Shown here: one piece after another, positions 8,908-19,199 of the stretch
Position numbering within the stretch: position 1 is the stretch's first letter
Layout of the letters: each line of letters begins with the position of its first letter
Assembly (NCBI GenBank): GCA_016784545.1
Contig: JADHUM010000003.1
Span: forward strand, 3,983-67,982
Source: Fidelibacterota bacterium
GTDB taxonomy: Bacteria; Fidelibacterota; UBA8477; JABMPR01
Length of the DNA stretch: 64,000 nucleotides
Reading direction: 5' to 3'
Translations under genes and position numbers: made by a program
The notes under the pieces: generated by a model
What the model was told of the DNA's origin: nothing
Databases searched by the model: none
The model's input: only the letters and a program-made list of their open reading frames with translations

Positions 8908-10407
8908 TTATGGGGTTGGTGCTACATAATCTTTTGAACGAGTTCGTGATTCCGAAATGTACTCGTTGAAATATCCTGCCCACTTAAATCGAATATCCCA
9001 GATTTCCTGGTTGGATGTCAATTCCGGGTAATCAATGAGCTCCGTCTTGCTCAACACAAACTGGCTTCTAAGCATGGTGGGAAAGATCTGGGCAACCAGA
9101 CTTGGGAAATCCGGGACGCGGTAACTTGTGAGATCATTCCGACCAACAATATTCCAGGTATATACTGATTCACCAGACCGAAAACGCCAATAGCTCCTGA
9201 TTTGATCAAAGGTGCCTGTCGTTGTGATCTCAAAATTGTTTTTGGAGCCTGACACAAATGTCATGCTTGCATCGATGGTTTCAAACTGGCCGGGAATATT
9301 GCCATAGACCGTATTGTAATTCCAACCACCACTTTTGAAATAATACATATAGGTACGATAATCCTGCATCTCAGACTGCGGAGTGTGCACGCGCATGGTG
9401 GTTGTATTTGGATCAAAGCGAACTCGATCCAGTAAAAATGATCCATGACTATAATCTCCTGAAACTGTATAACCGTATAGCAAAGTTCGGGCTTCTTGTG
9501 CGTCTGAAGGGAATTGCACACTATGCTCAGTTGTCGATATGAGATTACTCAGGCTGATATCGTAACCCTGGGGTTGTAAAGCATCATACCAAAGATAGCC
9601 AGTTCCGTTTGATGTATTGCTCAGTCGTAAATACACACCGGTTTCAGCCTTGTAGGTCTTGAGCGACAATTCTGCAGGGATTTGAGTGTCAAACCCCCAA
9701 AGCTCTGCATAGGCATTGGCCACAGACCAACCCGTGTGTGAGGGTACAGAACTAATACTGAAATCAATGGTTTGATAAAAATTCAAATCCACCCGTGGTA
9801 ATCCCCGAAAGGTCCACGTTTCACCACGAGGAATGTCCAGATAGGTTGCAATATTGACATTGCCATATCCATCAGCCCTCATCGTGGTAATAGAAATATT
9901 TCCCGAATCAGATGGACTCTGATTTAGATCCTCAATCACTACTGTAGCATTACCAGTCCAGGACGATTGTCCCAGCAAGGTCCCTGACATATCCTGAACA
10001 AACAAAACACCGGCTCCACAGTCTGCACAGAGCCAATTATTAACGTACTTCGCTGTGAATAATACATTGGCCACACGCACAACCACCTGATTCGACAGGG
10101 TTTCGTTCCCAGCATCATCGATAGCTCGACATTGAAGGGAATGCTCCCCATTCTCGTATTCCAGTGTATTCCAGCTTGCGGTAAAGGGTTCACTATGAAG
10201 GGTCTCGATCAAGTCACCATCGACAAAAAACTCAACCGATTCGATCCCCTCATCATCGGCAACCAGAGCGCTGATAGACGTCACACCAGCCACTGTTGAA
10301 TTATTGAGGGGGGAGGAAATACTGATTTCAGGAAGGCTGGTATTAACCCCCTCCTGACAACCGATTAAAAGCAGCGTAGCGATTAACCCGACCCATTGAA
10401 GTTTCAC
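8908..10407 (-). CDS. Lipoprotein with an N-terminal bacterial Ig-like domain
   Basis: Lipobox LLIGC; PEISISSPLNNSTVAG...VEFFVDG...AIDDAGN Ig-like repeat; the rest is unrecognised. Confidence 0.7.
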   Translation of the reverse strand: MKLQWVGLIATLLLIGCQEGVNTSLPEISISSPLNNSTVAGVTSISALVADDEGIESVEFFVDGDLIETLHSEPFTASWNTLEYENGEHSLQCRAIDDAGNETLSNQVVVRVANVLFTAKYVNNWLCADCGAGVLFVQDMSGTLLGQSSWTGNATVVIEDLNQSPSDSGNISITTMRADGYGNVNIATYLDIPRGETWTFRGLPRVDLNFYQTIDFSISSVPSHTGWSVANAYAELWGFDTQIPAELSLKTYKAETGVYLRLSNTSNGTGYLWYDALQPQGYDISLSNLISTTEHSVQFPSDAQEARTLLYGYTVSGDYSHGSFLLDRVRFDPNTTTMRVHTPQSEMQDYRTYMYYFKSGGWNYNTVYGNIPGQFETIDASMTFVSGSKNNFEITTTGTFDQIRSYWRFRSGESVYTWNIVGRNDLTSYRVPDFPSLVAQIFPTMLRSQFVLSKTELIDYPELTSNQEIWDIRFKWAGYFNEYISESRTRSKDYVAPTP

Positions 10408-10437
10408 TGTTTCAATCCCCTTTAATTATTACTCGGA

Positions 10438-12525
10438 TTATTCTGCTGTCGTACCCAGTTGACGATGTAGATAAGTGAATTCGATAGCAGCCATGGTCGC
10501 ATATTGTTTCAAATTCGCTCCAGCTGCATGCCCACCTTCAATATTTTCATAATACATAACCGGATGCCCCTGTTCCAGCATACGGGCAACCATTTTCCTG
10601 GCGTGTCCTGGATGAACACGATCATCCTTGGTTGAGGTTGTAAACATCACTCTGGGATATGACTTTTGAGGGTCTAAAAGATGGTATGGAGAATGAGCTT
10701 TGAGATATGCGCCTTCTTGGGGATCGTCGGGGTCTCCGTACTCCCCCATCCAACTGGCACCTGCCAGTAATTTATGATATCGCATCATATCAAGCAGGGG
10801 AACCTGGGAAACCACAGCACCAAACAGATCGGGTCTCAAGGTAAAAGCCGCACCGACCAAAAGTCCACCACCGCTGCCCCCCATAATACCCAACTTCTCT
10901 GGGGAGGTGATACCACTGTTGATCATATCCTCAGCTATGGCGAAAAAATCCTCATAGGATTTGTGTCGATTGGTCTTCAGGGCAGCTTGATGCCAGGCAG
11001 GACCATATTCACCTCCACCTCTGATATTTGCCAGGGCAAATATGCCCCCCTTCTCCATCCACAGCTTTCCAGTTTTAGACCAATATTGAGATTTCTCGGA
11101 TACTTCAAATCCACCATAACCATAAAGAAGGGTAGGATTGCTACCGTCTAAGGGCATATCCTTCACACTCACGAGAAAATAGGGAATTTTGGTACCATCT
11201 TTACTGATGGCAAACTTTTGATTTACTTCAAGGTTTTCACTATCATAGCGAGCTGGCGATTGTTGGATCAAGATGGGGTTTGCAGTCGCTTCGGTATAGT
11301 AACTCAGTGTCGTTGGTGTAATCAAGTCATTGTAGGTGCAAAAGAAATTGGCATTCAGAGGGTCGGCACCGTAAATGGAAAGAGTTCCTCCATTGGGGAG
11401 ATCTAGCATATCCAGTTCCCATGATTCATCTTTCAAACTGACACGGAATACCTTGTCCACAACGTTTTGCTGAATAGTGAGAAGGGGGTTTGCAGATGAA
11501 AAACAAATATCCAAAATAGAACTTTCTGAATCGGGAGTAAACACATCTGTTTTCGCATTCGATTCCAGGTCCAGGGCGATAAGCGAGCCTTTTACACTTC
11601 CCCTCCAATCCGTCCTGAGTACTGCAAACGCTTGATCTCGCCAGATACCCTTAAAATCAGCATCATGGGGTAAATCTATTCTTTGGGTGGCCATATTTTT
11701 ATCCACCCATAATATTTCGTGTGACCAGAAATCCTTTGATTTACTAATCAGGGAGTAATTTCCTTCTGCTGTGAATATGGTCCAGCCCCAGGTACCTACA
11801 TCCTCCAAGGGAATTCTGGCTAGTTCAGGAGATGCGGCCAAATCGTCACCCCGCGTCCATACTTTTACACTGGCGGCATAGCCACTCTCGGTCATGCTGC
11901 CTGGTCCAAAGTCTGTGGCCACAAACACTTGATCCTGGTTAATCCAGCTCACGGTTGATTTTTCTTCAGGAACAGTAAAGCCATCCTCAATAAAAGAACG
12001 AGTGGAGATATCGAATTCGCGCACCACAACTGCATCCTTGCCACCCCGTGACAGTTCAATCAGGAAGCGATTGTAAGCTGGGGGTAAACCTGCAGTGCTT
12101 TTATAGACCCAGTTCTCGCTCTCCATGTCAGCCAAAGCATCTACATCAAGCAACACATCCCATTCTGGCTTATTGTCCAGATATGCTGCCAGGGGTGACC
12201 GACGCCAGATCCCCCTGATATGCACATCGTCACGCCAGAAGTTGTAAATATAATCTCCCCTGATTTTGCCATATACCAGCCTGTCTTGCGCCTCATAAAT
12301 AGCCAGAGCTTCACGCTCAAATTGTTCGAAACGGGGGTCAGCATGCAATTCGCTCAAAGTAAGAGCGTTCTGTTCCCTCACCCAGTTTAGAGCTCGTTCA
12401 CCTTCTACTTCTTCAAGCCAGATATAGGGGTCTTTCACATTCAATTGAGGAACACTTTCTGGTTTTGGTATGCAGGAAAGCACTATCAGGGCAAGCAGCC
12501 CGATAACTATTTTAAATTTGTCCAA
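10438..12525 (-). CDS. Prolyl oligopeptidase (S9A), lipoprotein
   Basis: DPYIWLEEV, LYGYGGF, NIRGGGEYGPAWH, GGSGGGLL, DDRVHPGH, GGH; lipobox VLSC. Confidence 0.93.
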   Translation of the reverse strand: MDKFKIVIGLLALIVLSCIPKPESVPQLNVKDPYIWLEEVEGERALNWVREQNALTLSELHADPRFEQFEREALAIYEAQDRLVYGKIRGDYIYNFWRDDVHIRGIWRRSPLAAYLDNKPEWDVLLDVDALADMESENWVYKSTAGLPPAYNRFLIELSRGGKDAVVVREFDISTRSFIEDGFTVPEEKSTVSWINQDQVFVATDFGPGSMTESGYAASVKVWTRGDDLAASPELARIPLEDVGTWGWTIFTAEGNYSLISKSKDFWSHEILWVDKNMATQRIDLPHDADFKGIWRDQAFAVLRTDWRGSVKGSLIALDLESNAKTDVFTPDSESSILDICFSSANPLLTIQQNVVDKVFRVSLKDESWELDMLDLPNGGTLSIYGADPLNANFFCTYNDLITPTTLSYYTEATANPILIQQSPARYDSENLEVNQKFAISKDGTKIPYFLVSVKDMPLDGSNPTLLYGYGGFEVSEKSQYWSKTGKLWMEKGGIFALANIRGGGEYGPAWHQAALKTNRHKSYEDFFAIAEDMINSGITSPEKLGIMGGSGGGLLVGAAFTLRPDLFGAVVSQVPLLDMMRYHKLLAGASWMGEYGDPDDPQEGAYLKAHSPYHLLDPQKSYPRVMFTTSTKDDRVHPGHARKMVARMLEQGHPVMYYENIEGGHAAGANLKQYATMAAIEFTYLHRQLGTTAE

Positions 12526-12540
12526 AGTAGGTTCTCCTTA

Positions 12541-12870
12541 TCAGGCACAGTCCACGCATTTGTCTGATTCAGGCAACATCATCAGACGACCCAGTGGGAT
12601 GGGTTGTTTGCAGACTCGACAAAGACCATAATCATCTTTATCAATGAAGGACAGAGAGACTTCGAGTTTTTGAAGCTTGGCTTCAGTCTTGGACAGCAGG
12701 AGTTCATTCACGCTTTTATTATTGATGGCTTCCATACGCGAGATTCGTCCAATGGCTGCATCAGGAGCAATGGGTTGGGTCATTTCCTTTAATTCAATTA
12801 CCTGTTCAGTGGCGCTTTCGATTTCTGAATGAATGCGCTCTCGTATCTGTTGTTTTTCTTCGTAATTCAT
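12541..12870 (-). CDS. TraR/DksA C4-type zinc finger protein
   Basis: YGLCRVCKQPIPLGRL...CVDCA; PDAAIGRISRM coiled-coil tip. Confidence 0.88.
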   Translation of the reverse strand: MNYEEKQQIRERIHSEIESATEQVIELKEMTQPIAPDAAIGRISRMEAINNKSVNELLLSKTEAKLQKLEVSLSFIDKDDYGLCRVCKQPIPLGRLMMLPESDKCVDCA

Positions 12871-12882
12871 ATATTAATCCAA

Positions 12883-12911
12883 ATTGTAAATTTCAATAAA
12901 TTCAAGTGCAA
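12883..12911 (-). promoter_or_regulatory. Putative sigma70 promoter of the TraR/DksA gene
   Basis: Minus strand TTGCAC-N17-TACAAT. Confidence 0.55.
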
Positions 12912-12970
12912 CGCCCTGCGTTATAAGTGATTGTGGATTAAGTTAATTATAGAAGTGTTTATATAAACAG

Positions 12971-13000
12971 AAAAGGCGACGAAAATAATCGCCGCCTTTC
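12971..13000 (-). terminator. Intrinsic terminator after the beta-oxidation operon
   Basis: AAGGCGGCGA/TCGTCGCCTT stem with a U-rich tail on the minus strand. Confidence 0.7.
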
Positions 13001-13046
13001 TTTATTGTTGCATCCCCAAGAGGAAAACGGAAAACCTGGGATGCAG

Positions 13047-15395
13047 TTAGTTTCTAAGAGGTCGCCCTCGTTTCAACATGTATTCTATGCGTGCCCGCGT
13101 TTTTGGTTCCCCACCGAGTGAAACAAACGCTTCCCGTTCTAGATCCAGTAGATACTGTTCATCCAGGGGTCTCATGATCCCCCCTTTGTCACCACCAGTA
13201 AGTACAAAGGCTAGTTTCTCAGCAATGAGGGCATCATGTTCGGAAATTTTCCCGGATTTCAGGAATCCCTTTACAGTACTCTTCACAGCTAAACGACCAC
13301 CCTTACCAGGCAGAAATAGATCTGTCCGAAATTCAGGCGGTTGGTAGCCTTCACTCATGGACAAGACTTCTGCCTTGGCCCGAGAGACTCGATGGTCTTG
13401 ATTAACGACAATGATATCATCTTTTGTGAGATACCCGATTGAAACCGCATGCTTGGCTGACATGGAGACTTTGGCAAACCCAATGGCTTCAAACGCCTTT
13501 TGAGCAACCTGAAAGGCACCTGCACGACCCTTGGAGAGACGGTCCTGCGCTTTCATGATCATTCTAAGATTGCCGCCAGCTCCTGGTATGAGTCCTACAC
13601 CTACCTCAACCAGACCTGTATAGAGCTCTGCTGCAGCAACGATCCTATCACAGGCACCAATGGTTTCATATCCTCCACCCAGGGCCATCCAGTGTGGTGC
13701 AGCTACCACAGGGAAGGGAGCGAATCGAACCTTTTGCAGGGTATCCTGCATGGCTTTACTCATGGCATCCAAACCAGCCCAGTCCTTTTCATCTATAGCT
13801 CGCAGCATCAAAGCCAGGTTAGCTCCAGCGGAAAAGTGTGTCGCTTCTGAGGCGATAACCAGGCCCTTATAGTTATTTTCAGTTACCCAATCCACTGCTT
13901 GATCAAGCATGCCAATAATGGAACCATCAATAGGATTGAAGGTAGGCTGAAGCACTGAATGCATGGTTACAGCGGCAACACCATCTCCAAGATCGATCAA
14001 CGACGCTGACCAATCCTTTTTGATGAGCCCACCCGTTTTCTTGATGACATTAAAATCGAAAGCCAGCGGATGAGTTGGGACAGGCTGCATGGATTCACTT
14101 GTAGGATCATAATAGGTTTTGACCTTCCCATCGAATCCATAAAAGGATGTGAATCCCTTGCTTATCATGGTCTGAACCCAGGTTGGGATTTTTCGGCCAT
14201 CACGCTTCATCCGTTCAATTGAGGCTGCCAATCCAAATGCATCCCAGACTTCGAAGGGACCAAATTCCCAACCAAAACCCCATTTCATGGCACTGTCAAT
14301 ATTTACAATGTCATCAGAAATTTCAGGGAGACGATTTGCGGAATAAATCAGAATTCCAGCATTCAATTCCCAGAGAAATTTTCCAGCGACATCATCGATC
14401 CTCACCAGACTTTTTAGTTTTCCAGGGAGGTAGGTCTCATTCTTAGATACCCGGATGGCATCGTATTTCTTTTTAACAGAAGGTTCATATTCAAGCGTAT
14501 CCAGATTAAGAGACAGGATGGTCTTTTTATCTACTTTTTTATAGAAACCACTTCCCGTTTTTTGGCCCAACCATCCATTATCAAGCATGGATTGCAGATA
14601 GTCAGGAATCTTAAAGATATCTCGTTCTTCATCCGCCTCACCTTTGTCATAAGCATTTTCAGCCACATGGACGAGCGTATCCAAACCAACCACATCTCCT
14701 GTTCTGAAAGTAGCTGATTTCATATGCCCGATAAGCGTACCGGTCAAGGCATCCACATCAGGAACGTTCAATTTCTTTTCTCTGGCCAATTTCAGGGTCA
14801 GCATCATACCATATACACCAATACGATTGGCGATGAAGTTGGCTGTATCCTTGGCCCAGACGACCCCTTTTCCAAGATCATCTTCCAGGAAGGTGGCTAT
14901 ATCCTGCATGGCTTCCATATCTGTATCAGGTCCACCCACCAACTCCACCAATTTCATATAGCGGGGTGGATTGAAAAAATGAGTAATAAAGAAGCGTTTC
15001 TTCATATGGGCAGGCAATGAGCTGGCCATATCAGCTAAAGAAAGACCCGATGTATTACTGGTCAGAATAGCTGTGGCATTCATTTTGGGCACTATTTTCT
15101 CAAAGAGCCCCTGTTTCCAATCAAGACGCTCTGCGATGACTTCAATGACCCAATCCACTTCCCCAATCTTGTCGAGGTGATCATCATAATTACATGGTGT
15201 AATCATCTCCAGGGTTTTAGGATTATATACCGGACTGGGTTTCAGCTTATTCATTCCCTCCAAGCCCTGCTCCGCCAGCTCCTGATTCATATCGAAGAGG
15301 TAACTGGGAATCCCAGCGTTTGACAGGTGAGTCGCAATCTGTGCGCCCATGACTCCAGCGCCTAGAACGGCTACCTTTTCTACCTTTAATGCCAT
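13047..15395 (-). CDS. 3-hydroxyacyl-CoA dehydrogenase / enoyl-CoA hydratase (FadN-like)
   Basis: VAVLGAGVMG, SNTSG, HFFNPPRY, crotonase FSAGANL and GLVEVGVGLIP; probable start MALKV at 15395. Confidence 0.93.
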   Translation of the reverse strand: MALKVEKVAVLGAGVMGAQIATHLSNAGIPSYLFDMNQELAEQGLEGMNKLKPSPVYNPKTLEMITPCNYDDHLDKIGEVDWVIEVIAERLDWKQGLFEKIVPKMNATAILTSNTSGLSLADMASSLPAHMKKRFFITHFFNPPRYMKLVELVGGPDTDMEAMQDIATFLEDDLGKGVVWAKDTANFIANRIGVYGMMLTLKLAREKKLNVPDVDALTGTLIGHMKSATFRTGDVVGLDTLVHVAENAYDKGEADEERDIFKIPDYLQSMLDNGWLGQKTGSGFYKKVDKKTILSLNLDTLEYEPSVKKKYDAIRVSKNETYLPGKLKSLVRIDDVAGKFLWELNAGILIYSANRLPEISDDIVNIDSAMKWGFGWEFGPFEVWDAFGLAASIERMKRDGRKIPTWVQTMISKGFTSFYGFDGKVKTYYDPTSESMQPVPTHPLAFDFNVIKKTGGLIKKDWSASLIDLGDGVAAVTMHSVLQPTFNPIDGSIIGMLDQAVDWVTENNYKGLVIASEATHFSAGANLALMLRAIDEKDWAGLDAMSKAMQDTLQKVRFAPFPVVAAPHWMALGGGYETIGACDRIVAAAELYTGLVEVGVGLIPGAGGNLRMIMKAQDRLSKGRAGAFQVAQKAFEAIGFAKVSMSAKHAVSIGYLTKDDIIVVNQDHRVSRAKAEVLSMSEGYQPPEFRTDLFLPGKGGRLAVKSTVKGFLKSGKISEHDALIAEKLAFVLTGGDKGGIMRPLDEQYLLDLEREAFVSLGGEPKTRARIEYMLKRGRPLRN

Positions 15396-15397
15396 GA

Positions 15398-16531
15398 TTA
15401 AATCCTCTCGATAATGGTTGCGATGCCTTGCCCCGTTCCAATACACATGGTGGCCAGACCGTATTTTGTATCGTTCTGTTCCATGACGTTGAGCAGGGTC
15501 GTTACAATCCTGGCTCCTGAACAGCCTAGTGGATGTCCAAGTGCAATGGCACCACCATTCAAATTAATTTTTTCATTTGGCCAACCACCCTTGCGAATGA
15601 CATAAAGTGATTGAGCTCCAAAAGCTTCGTTCAATTCGATGGTATCCATCTGATCCATAGTCATACCCACGTTCTTTAAGGCTTTTTCTGTGGCAGGAAG
15701 TGGTCCAGAACCCATTAGGGTGGGATCCACACCGGCTACAGCACGAGATATGATTTTGGCTCGGACTTTAAGACCTAATTCCTCAGCTTTGGTATTGCTC
15801 ATGACCAGAACAGCTGCGGCACCGACACTAATGGGGCTTGATGTTGCAGCTGTAATAGTGCCCTCCGCTAAAAAAGCGGGGGATAAAGATTTGATCTTAG
15901 CTACATCTGGTTCTCTGGGACCCTCATCCTTAGAGACACGAATACCCTCAATTTCAATGGGAACAATCTCGTTGTCGAATCTTCCAGCGGCTTGAGCAGC
16001 CAGAGCTTTTTTATGAGATGCAATGGCAAAGGCTTCCTGGTCCTCTCGACTAATATCCAATTCCTGAGCAAGATTTTCAGCAGTCTCACCCATACCCATA
16101 TAATAGTCAATCTCGTATAACTCTGGATTAAAATCAGGGTTATAACCACCCATGGGGACACCAAACATATCTTCAACACCAGCAGCAATTCCAATTTCTT
16201 TATCGCCAGCAAGGATGGACGCACTCAATTGATGGAGGGCATCCATGGAAGAACCACAGAACCGGTTTACTGTGCTGCCTGTGGTCGTATTGGGTAGACC
16301 AGCCAGCAATGCAACTCCACGCCCCATGAGCATTCCTTGATTTCCTTCAGGAAACGCGCAACCCAGCACAAGGTCTTCCACATCTTCTCCCTTTACAGCT
16401 GGATTTCTTTTCAGAAGGGCTTTCACAACCTGGGCGGCAATATCATCTGGTCGCATCCCAATCATTTCACCATTTTTAAGACCTATGGGACTCCGAACAG
16501 CATCAACGATTACACTATATCTTTCACTCAT
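15398..16531 (-). CDS. fadA: Acetyl-CoA C-acyltransferase (thiolase)
   Basis: [33 protein letters not shown]. Confidence 0.93.
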   Translation of the reverse strand: MSERYSVIVDAVRSPIGLKNGEMIGMRPDDIAAQVVKALLKRNPAVKGEDVEDLVLGCAFPEGNQGMLMGRGVALLAGLPNTTTGSTVNRFCGSSMDALHQLSASILAGDKEIGIAAGVEDMFGVPMGGYNPDFNPELYEIDYYMGMGETAENLAQELDISREDQEAFAIASHKKALAAQAAGRFDNEIVPIEIEGIRVSKDEGPREPDVAKIKSLSPAFLAEGTITAATSSPISVGAAAVLVMSNTKAEELGLKVRAKIISRAVAGVDPTLMGSGPLPATEKALKNVGMTMDQMDTIELNEAFGAQSLYVIRKGGWPNEKINLNGGAIALGHPLGCSGARIVTTLLNVMEQNDTKYGLATMCIGTGQGIATIIERI

Positions 16532-16551
16532 TTTTAAATTCTCCTCATTCC

Positions 16552-18324
16552 TTAATCATTCAGTGGGTATGAACCGCGCTTTAATAGCAGTTGGAAAATC
16601 AGCTTTTGTTCCTCAATGACATCAGCGTGATAGTCCAATTCTGTGAGCGTTTCATCCAGCTTGCCCAACTTGGACTTGCGTTCATCTTCAGAGAGGATGT
16701 GCCTTAATATTCTTTTGCCATTTGAAACAATGACTTCCAGATTTCTCAACACGGATACTCTCAGGACTGCCAGAACTTCGTCACATCTCGGATACTTCTC
16801 ATCCAGCTGCAAATATCTCCTTAGTACACTGAAAATGACCTGCTGAGCGATAACCATATTCGCAAAAGCCTCAATTTCAAATTGAGTATTTTTGAAGTCC
16901 TGCCCATATTTAAGGATTAGCTCATGCAGCGTTTTGAGTACAATGCCTCGTCCCAACTCCACTGCTTTTATTTCCTGCACTCTTGGATGATCAGCTGGTA
17001 TTTCAACTTTGGGCAGCCAGCCATCACCCATTTCAAGAATCTGGTCACGAATAGGCAGCTCTTCCAGGATAGCCTTTTTCATAGCTATTCCAGAAATGAT
17101 CAGCTTGTTGATCTCGTTGGTTCCTTCAAATATTCTATTGACACGTTCATCCCGCAGGATTCTTGCCAGCGGATATTCTTCAGAGAATCCGTAGCCACCA
17201 AATATTTGGACCCCATCATCAGCGTTAATCCACATGGCTTCAGAGGAGAAGATCTTATTGGTGCTATTCTCAATAGCATGATCTTCAATCACGGTGTAGA
17301 GATGATTGTAATACTCAGGATCATCATCCTCATAGCGCTCTGTTGCCGCATCGATGGATCCAGTGGACTGATACGTAATCGTTTCAGCCTCATAGCAGCG
17401 AATTACCATATCAGCAAATTTTCTCTGGATCATGCCAAAGGCAGTTAGAGGTTGGGCGAATTGTTCACGCTCCTTGGCATAGTCCAGGGCAGTGAGAATG
17501 GTTTGTTTGGCACCCCCCATGGTCACCGCTCCCAGCTTCAATCGCCCGATATAGAGCACATTAAAGGCTACAGCTGCTCCATTATCAACGCCACCTAGAA
17601 CGTTTTCAACAGGAACCATACAATCTTTCAAGACATAGGTAGTTGTTGAAGAGCCTTTGATTCCCAATTTATGTTCTTCTGGCCCGCGCTCCCATCCAGT
17701 CGTCTCTTGATCCAGGATAAATGATGTCATTTTGTCACCATCTATCTTGGCAAAGACAATCCCAATGTCCGCCCAGCTACCGTTGGTGATAAATTGTTTT
17801 ACCCCATTAAGGATATAATGGGTACCCTCTGCGTTCAGCTTGGCTGAGGTCGTGCCATTCAAGGCATCCGAGCCAGCTCCTGGCTCAGTTAAAGCATAGG
17901 AGCTCATCCATTCACCGCTCATCATTTTTGGAATGTATTTTTCCCTCTGAGCTTCAGTTCCATACCAAAGGATGGGCAGCAAACCGATTCCGGTATGATC
18001 GGTCACAGTCACCATAAGCGATGAACTTTTACTTTCCCCAAAAGCTTCCAGGGCCAGGGCAGCAGCTGTTTTATCAAGACCCATGCCGCCATATTTCTCT
18101 GGGACATCCAGTCCCAGCATCCCCATTTCCCCCATCTGAGTCATAAAATCACGAGTCAGTTTTTCATCGAGTTTTTCAATTTCAAGGGCCATGGGAGCGA
18201 TAGCTTCTGAAGAAAAAGTGCGTATTGCTTCAAAAAATTCTCTTTGGTCATCACTCCATTTTTCTCTGGTGAAGATTTCATCGACGCCAAAGGGTGTGGT
18301 TAGAAATGCGCCACCCTTATTCAT
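16552..18324 (-). CDS. Acyl-CoA dehydrogenase (long FadE-like)
   Basis: YALTEPGAGSDA, KQFITNG, KLGIKGSST, QIFGGYGF, RIFEGTNEI. Confidence 0.93.
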   Translation of the reverse strand: MNKGGAFLTTPFGVDEIFTREKWSDDQREFFEAIRTFSSEAIAPMALEIEKLDEKLTRDFMTQMGEMGMLGLDVPEKYGGMGLDKTAAALALEAFGESKSSSLMVTVTDHTGIGLLPILWYGTEAQREKYIPKMMSGEWMSSYALTEPGAGSDALNGTTSAKLNAEGTHYILNGVKQFITNGSWADIGIVFAKIDGDKMTSFILDQETTGWERGPEEHKLGIKGSSTTTYVLKDCMVPVENVLGGVDNGAAVAFNVLYIGRLKLGAVTMGGAKQTILTALDYAKEREQFAQPLTAFGMIQRKFADMVIRCYEAETITYQSTGSIDAATERYEDDDPEYYNHLYTVIEDHAIENSTNKIFSSEAMWINADDGVQIFGGYGFSEEYPLARILRDERVNRIFEGTNEINKLIISGIAMKKAILEELPIRDQILEMGDGWLPKVEIPADHPRVQEIKAVELGRGIVLKTLHELILKYGQDFKNTQFEIEAFANMVIAQQVIFSVLRRYLQLDEKYPRCDEVLAVLRVSVLRNLEVIVSNGKRILRHILSEDERKSKLGKLDETLTELDYHADVIEEQKLIFQLLLKRGSYPLND

Positions 18325-18359
18325 TTCATTCTCCTTATTTTGGATACAATTCTGTTATT

Positions 18360-18959
18360 TCAATCCTGGACGGCAATACCATCCAGAATCAGTTCCATAT
18401 TCAAGTCTACATATTCTTCCAGGGAAAAGTCACTGGGTTTAAATAGTGCAAACCAGATCATTCCATGCAAGGAGGTCATAATAGACATGGCTATCATGCG
18501 CTCATTTACATTTCTAAATTCCCCATACTTTATCCCCCGCTTGATAAGGGCCTCAAATTCGCTCAAGACACTGGCATACAGGTGACTTGCTAATTCTTTA
18601 ATTTCTTTATCCCGGTTGGCAAAAGCCCAGATTTCGGGTTCCACCAGGAACCAGTTTGGATTTCTCTGAAATAGTTTTGCAGTAAATTTCGCTATGTGAA
18701 GTATGATTTCTCTGGATGGTTTTGCCTTCATTTTGCCACCGCGCTCAATGGGTGAAAATTGATCCATCCAATGTTCGATCAAGGCAATGAATAGGTCGCG
18801 TTTGCTCTGAAAGTGGTGATATATCGCTCCTTTGCTCAAGCCGATCTCTTGAACAATATCATCCATTCTGGCATCAGAATATCCCTTTTTAACAAAAATG
18901 GTAAGCGCTGCCTCTAATATTTCAATTCGACGTTCTGAGCTGGGTCTTCTCTCTGTCAT
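18360..18959 (-). CDS. TetR/AcrR family transcriptional regulator
   Basis: ILEAALTIFVKKGY...GLSKGAIYHHFQSKRDLF HTH; probable start MTERR at 18959. Confidence 0.92.
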   Translation of the reverse strand: MTERRPSSERRIEILEAALTIFVKKGYSDARMDDIVQEIGLSKGAIYHHFQSKRDLFIALIEHWMDQFSPIERGGKMKAKPSREIILHIAKFTAKLFQRNPNWFLVEPEIWAFANRDKEIKELASHLYASVLSEFEALIKRGIKYGEFRNVNERMIAMSIMTSLHGMIWFALFKPSDFSLEEYVDLNMELILDGIAVQD

Positions 18960-18986
18960 AGCTGGCCTTAATATTATTTCATGACA

Positions 18987-19010
18987 TACATACCGACTGG
19001 TCGGTATGTA
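18987..19010. promoter_or_regulatory. TetR-type operator palindrome
   Basis: TACATACCGAC-TG-GTCGGTATGTA with perfect 11-bp arms, directly downstream of a minus-strand TTGCAG-N16-TATATT promoter. Confidence 0.8.
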
Positions 19011-19199
19011 ATATAGACCTTTACTATCCTTCTGCAAGCAAGCTTTGTGAGTTAATGAAAGGTTCGCTCTGGAGGTAGGATTAGCGCCATCATTTGAATC
19101 TTACTGTTTTTTTTTGATGGAAAGCTCCACCGCCCATATATATTGTTGCTGTTTAGCAGTTATTAATTTTGAGCACTTAAATAATAAGGGGAATTAGGA

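Noticed and set aside
12905..12968. Integron attC-like site (GCAAC...GTTT)
   Set aside because: Poor fit to RYYYAAC/GTTRRRY, weak internal pairing, no integrase or cassette array; part of it is better explained as a sigma70 promoter.
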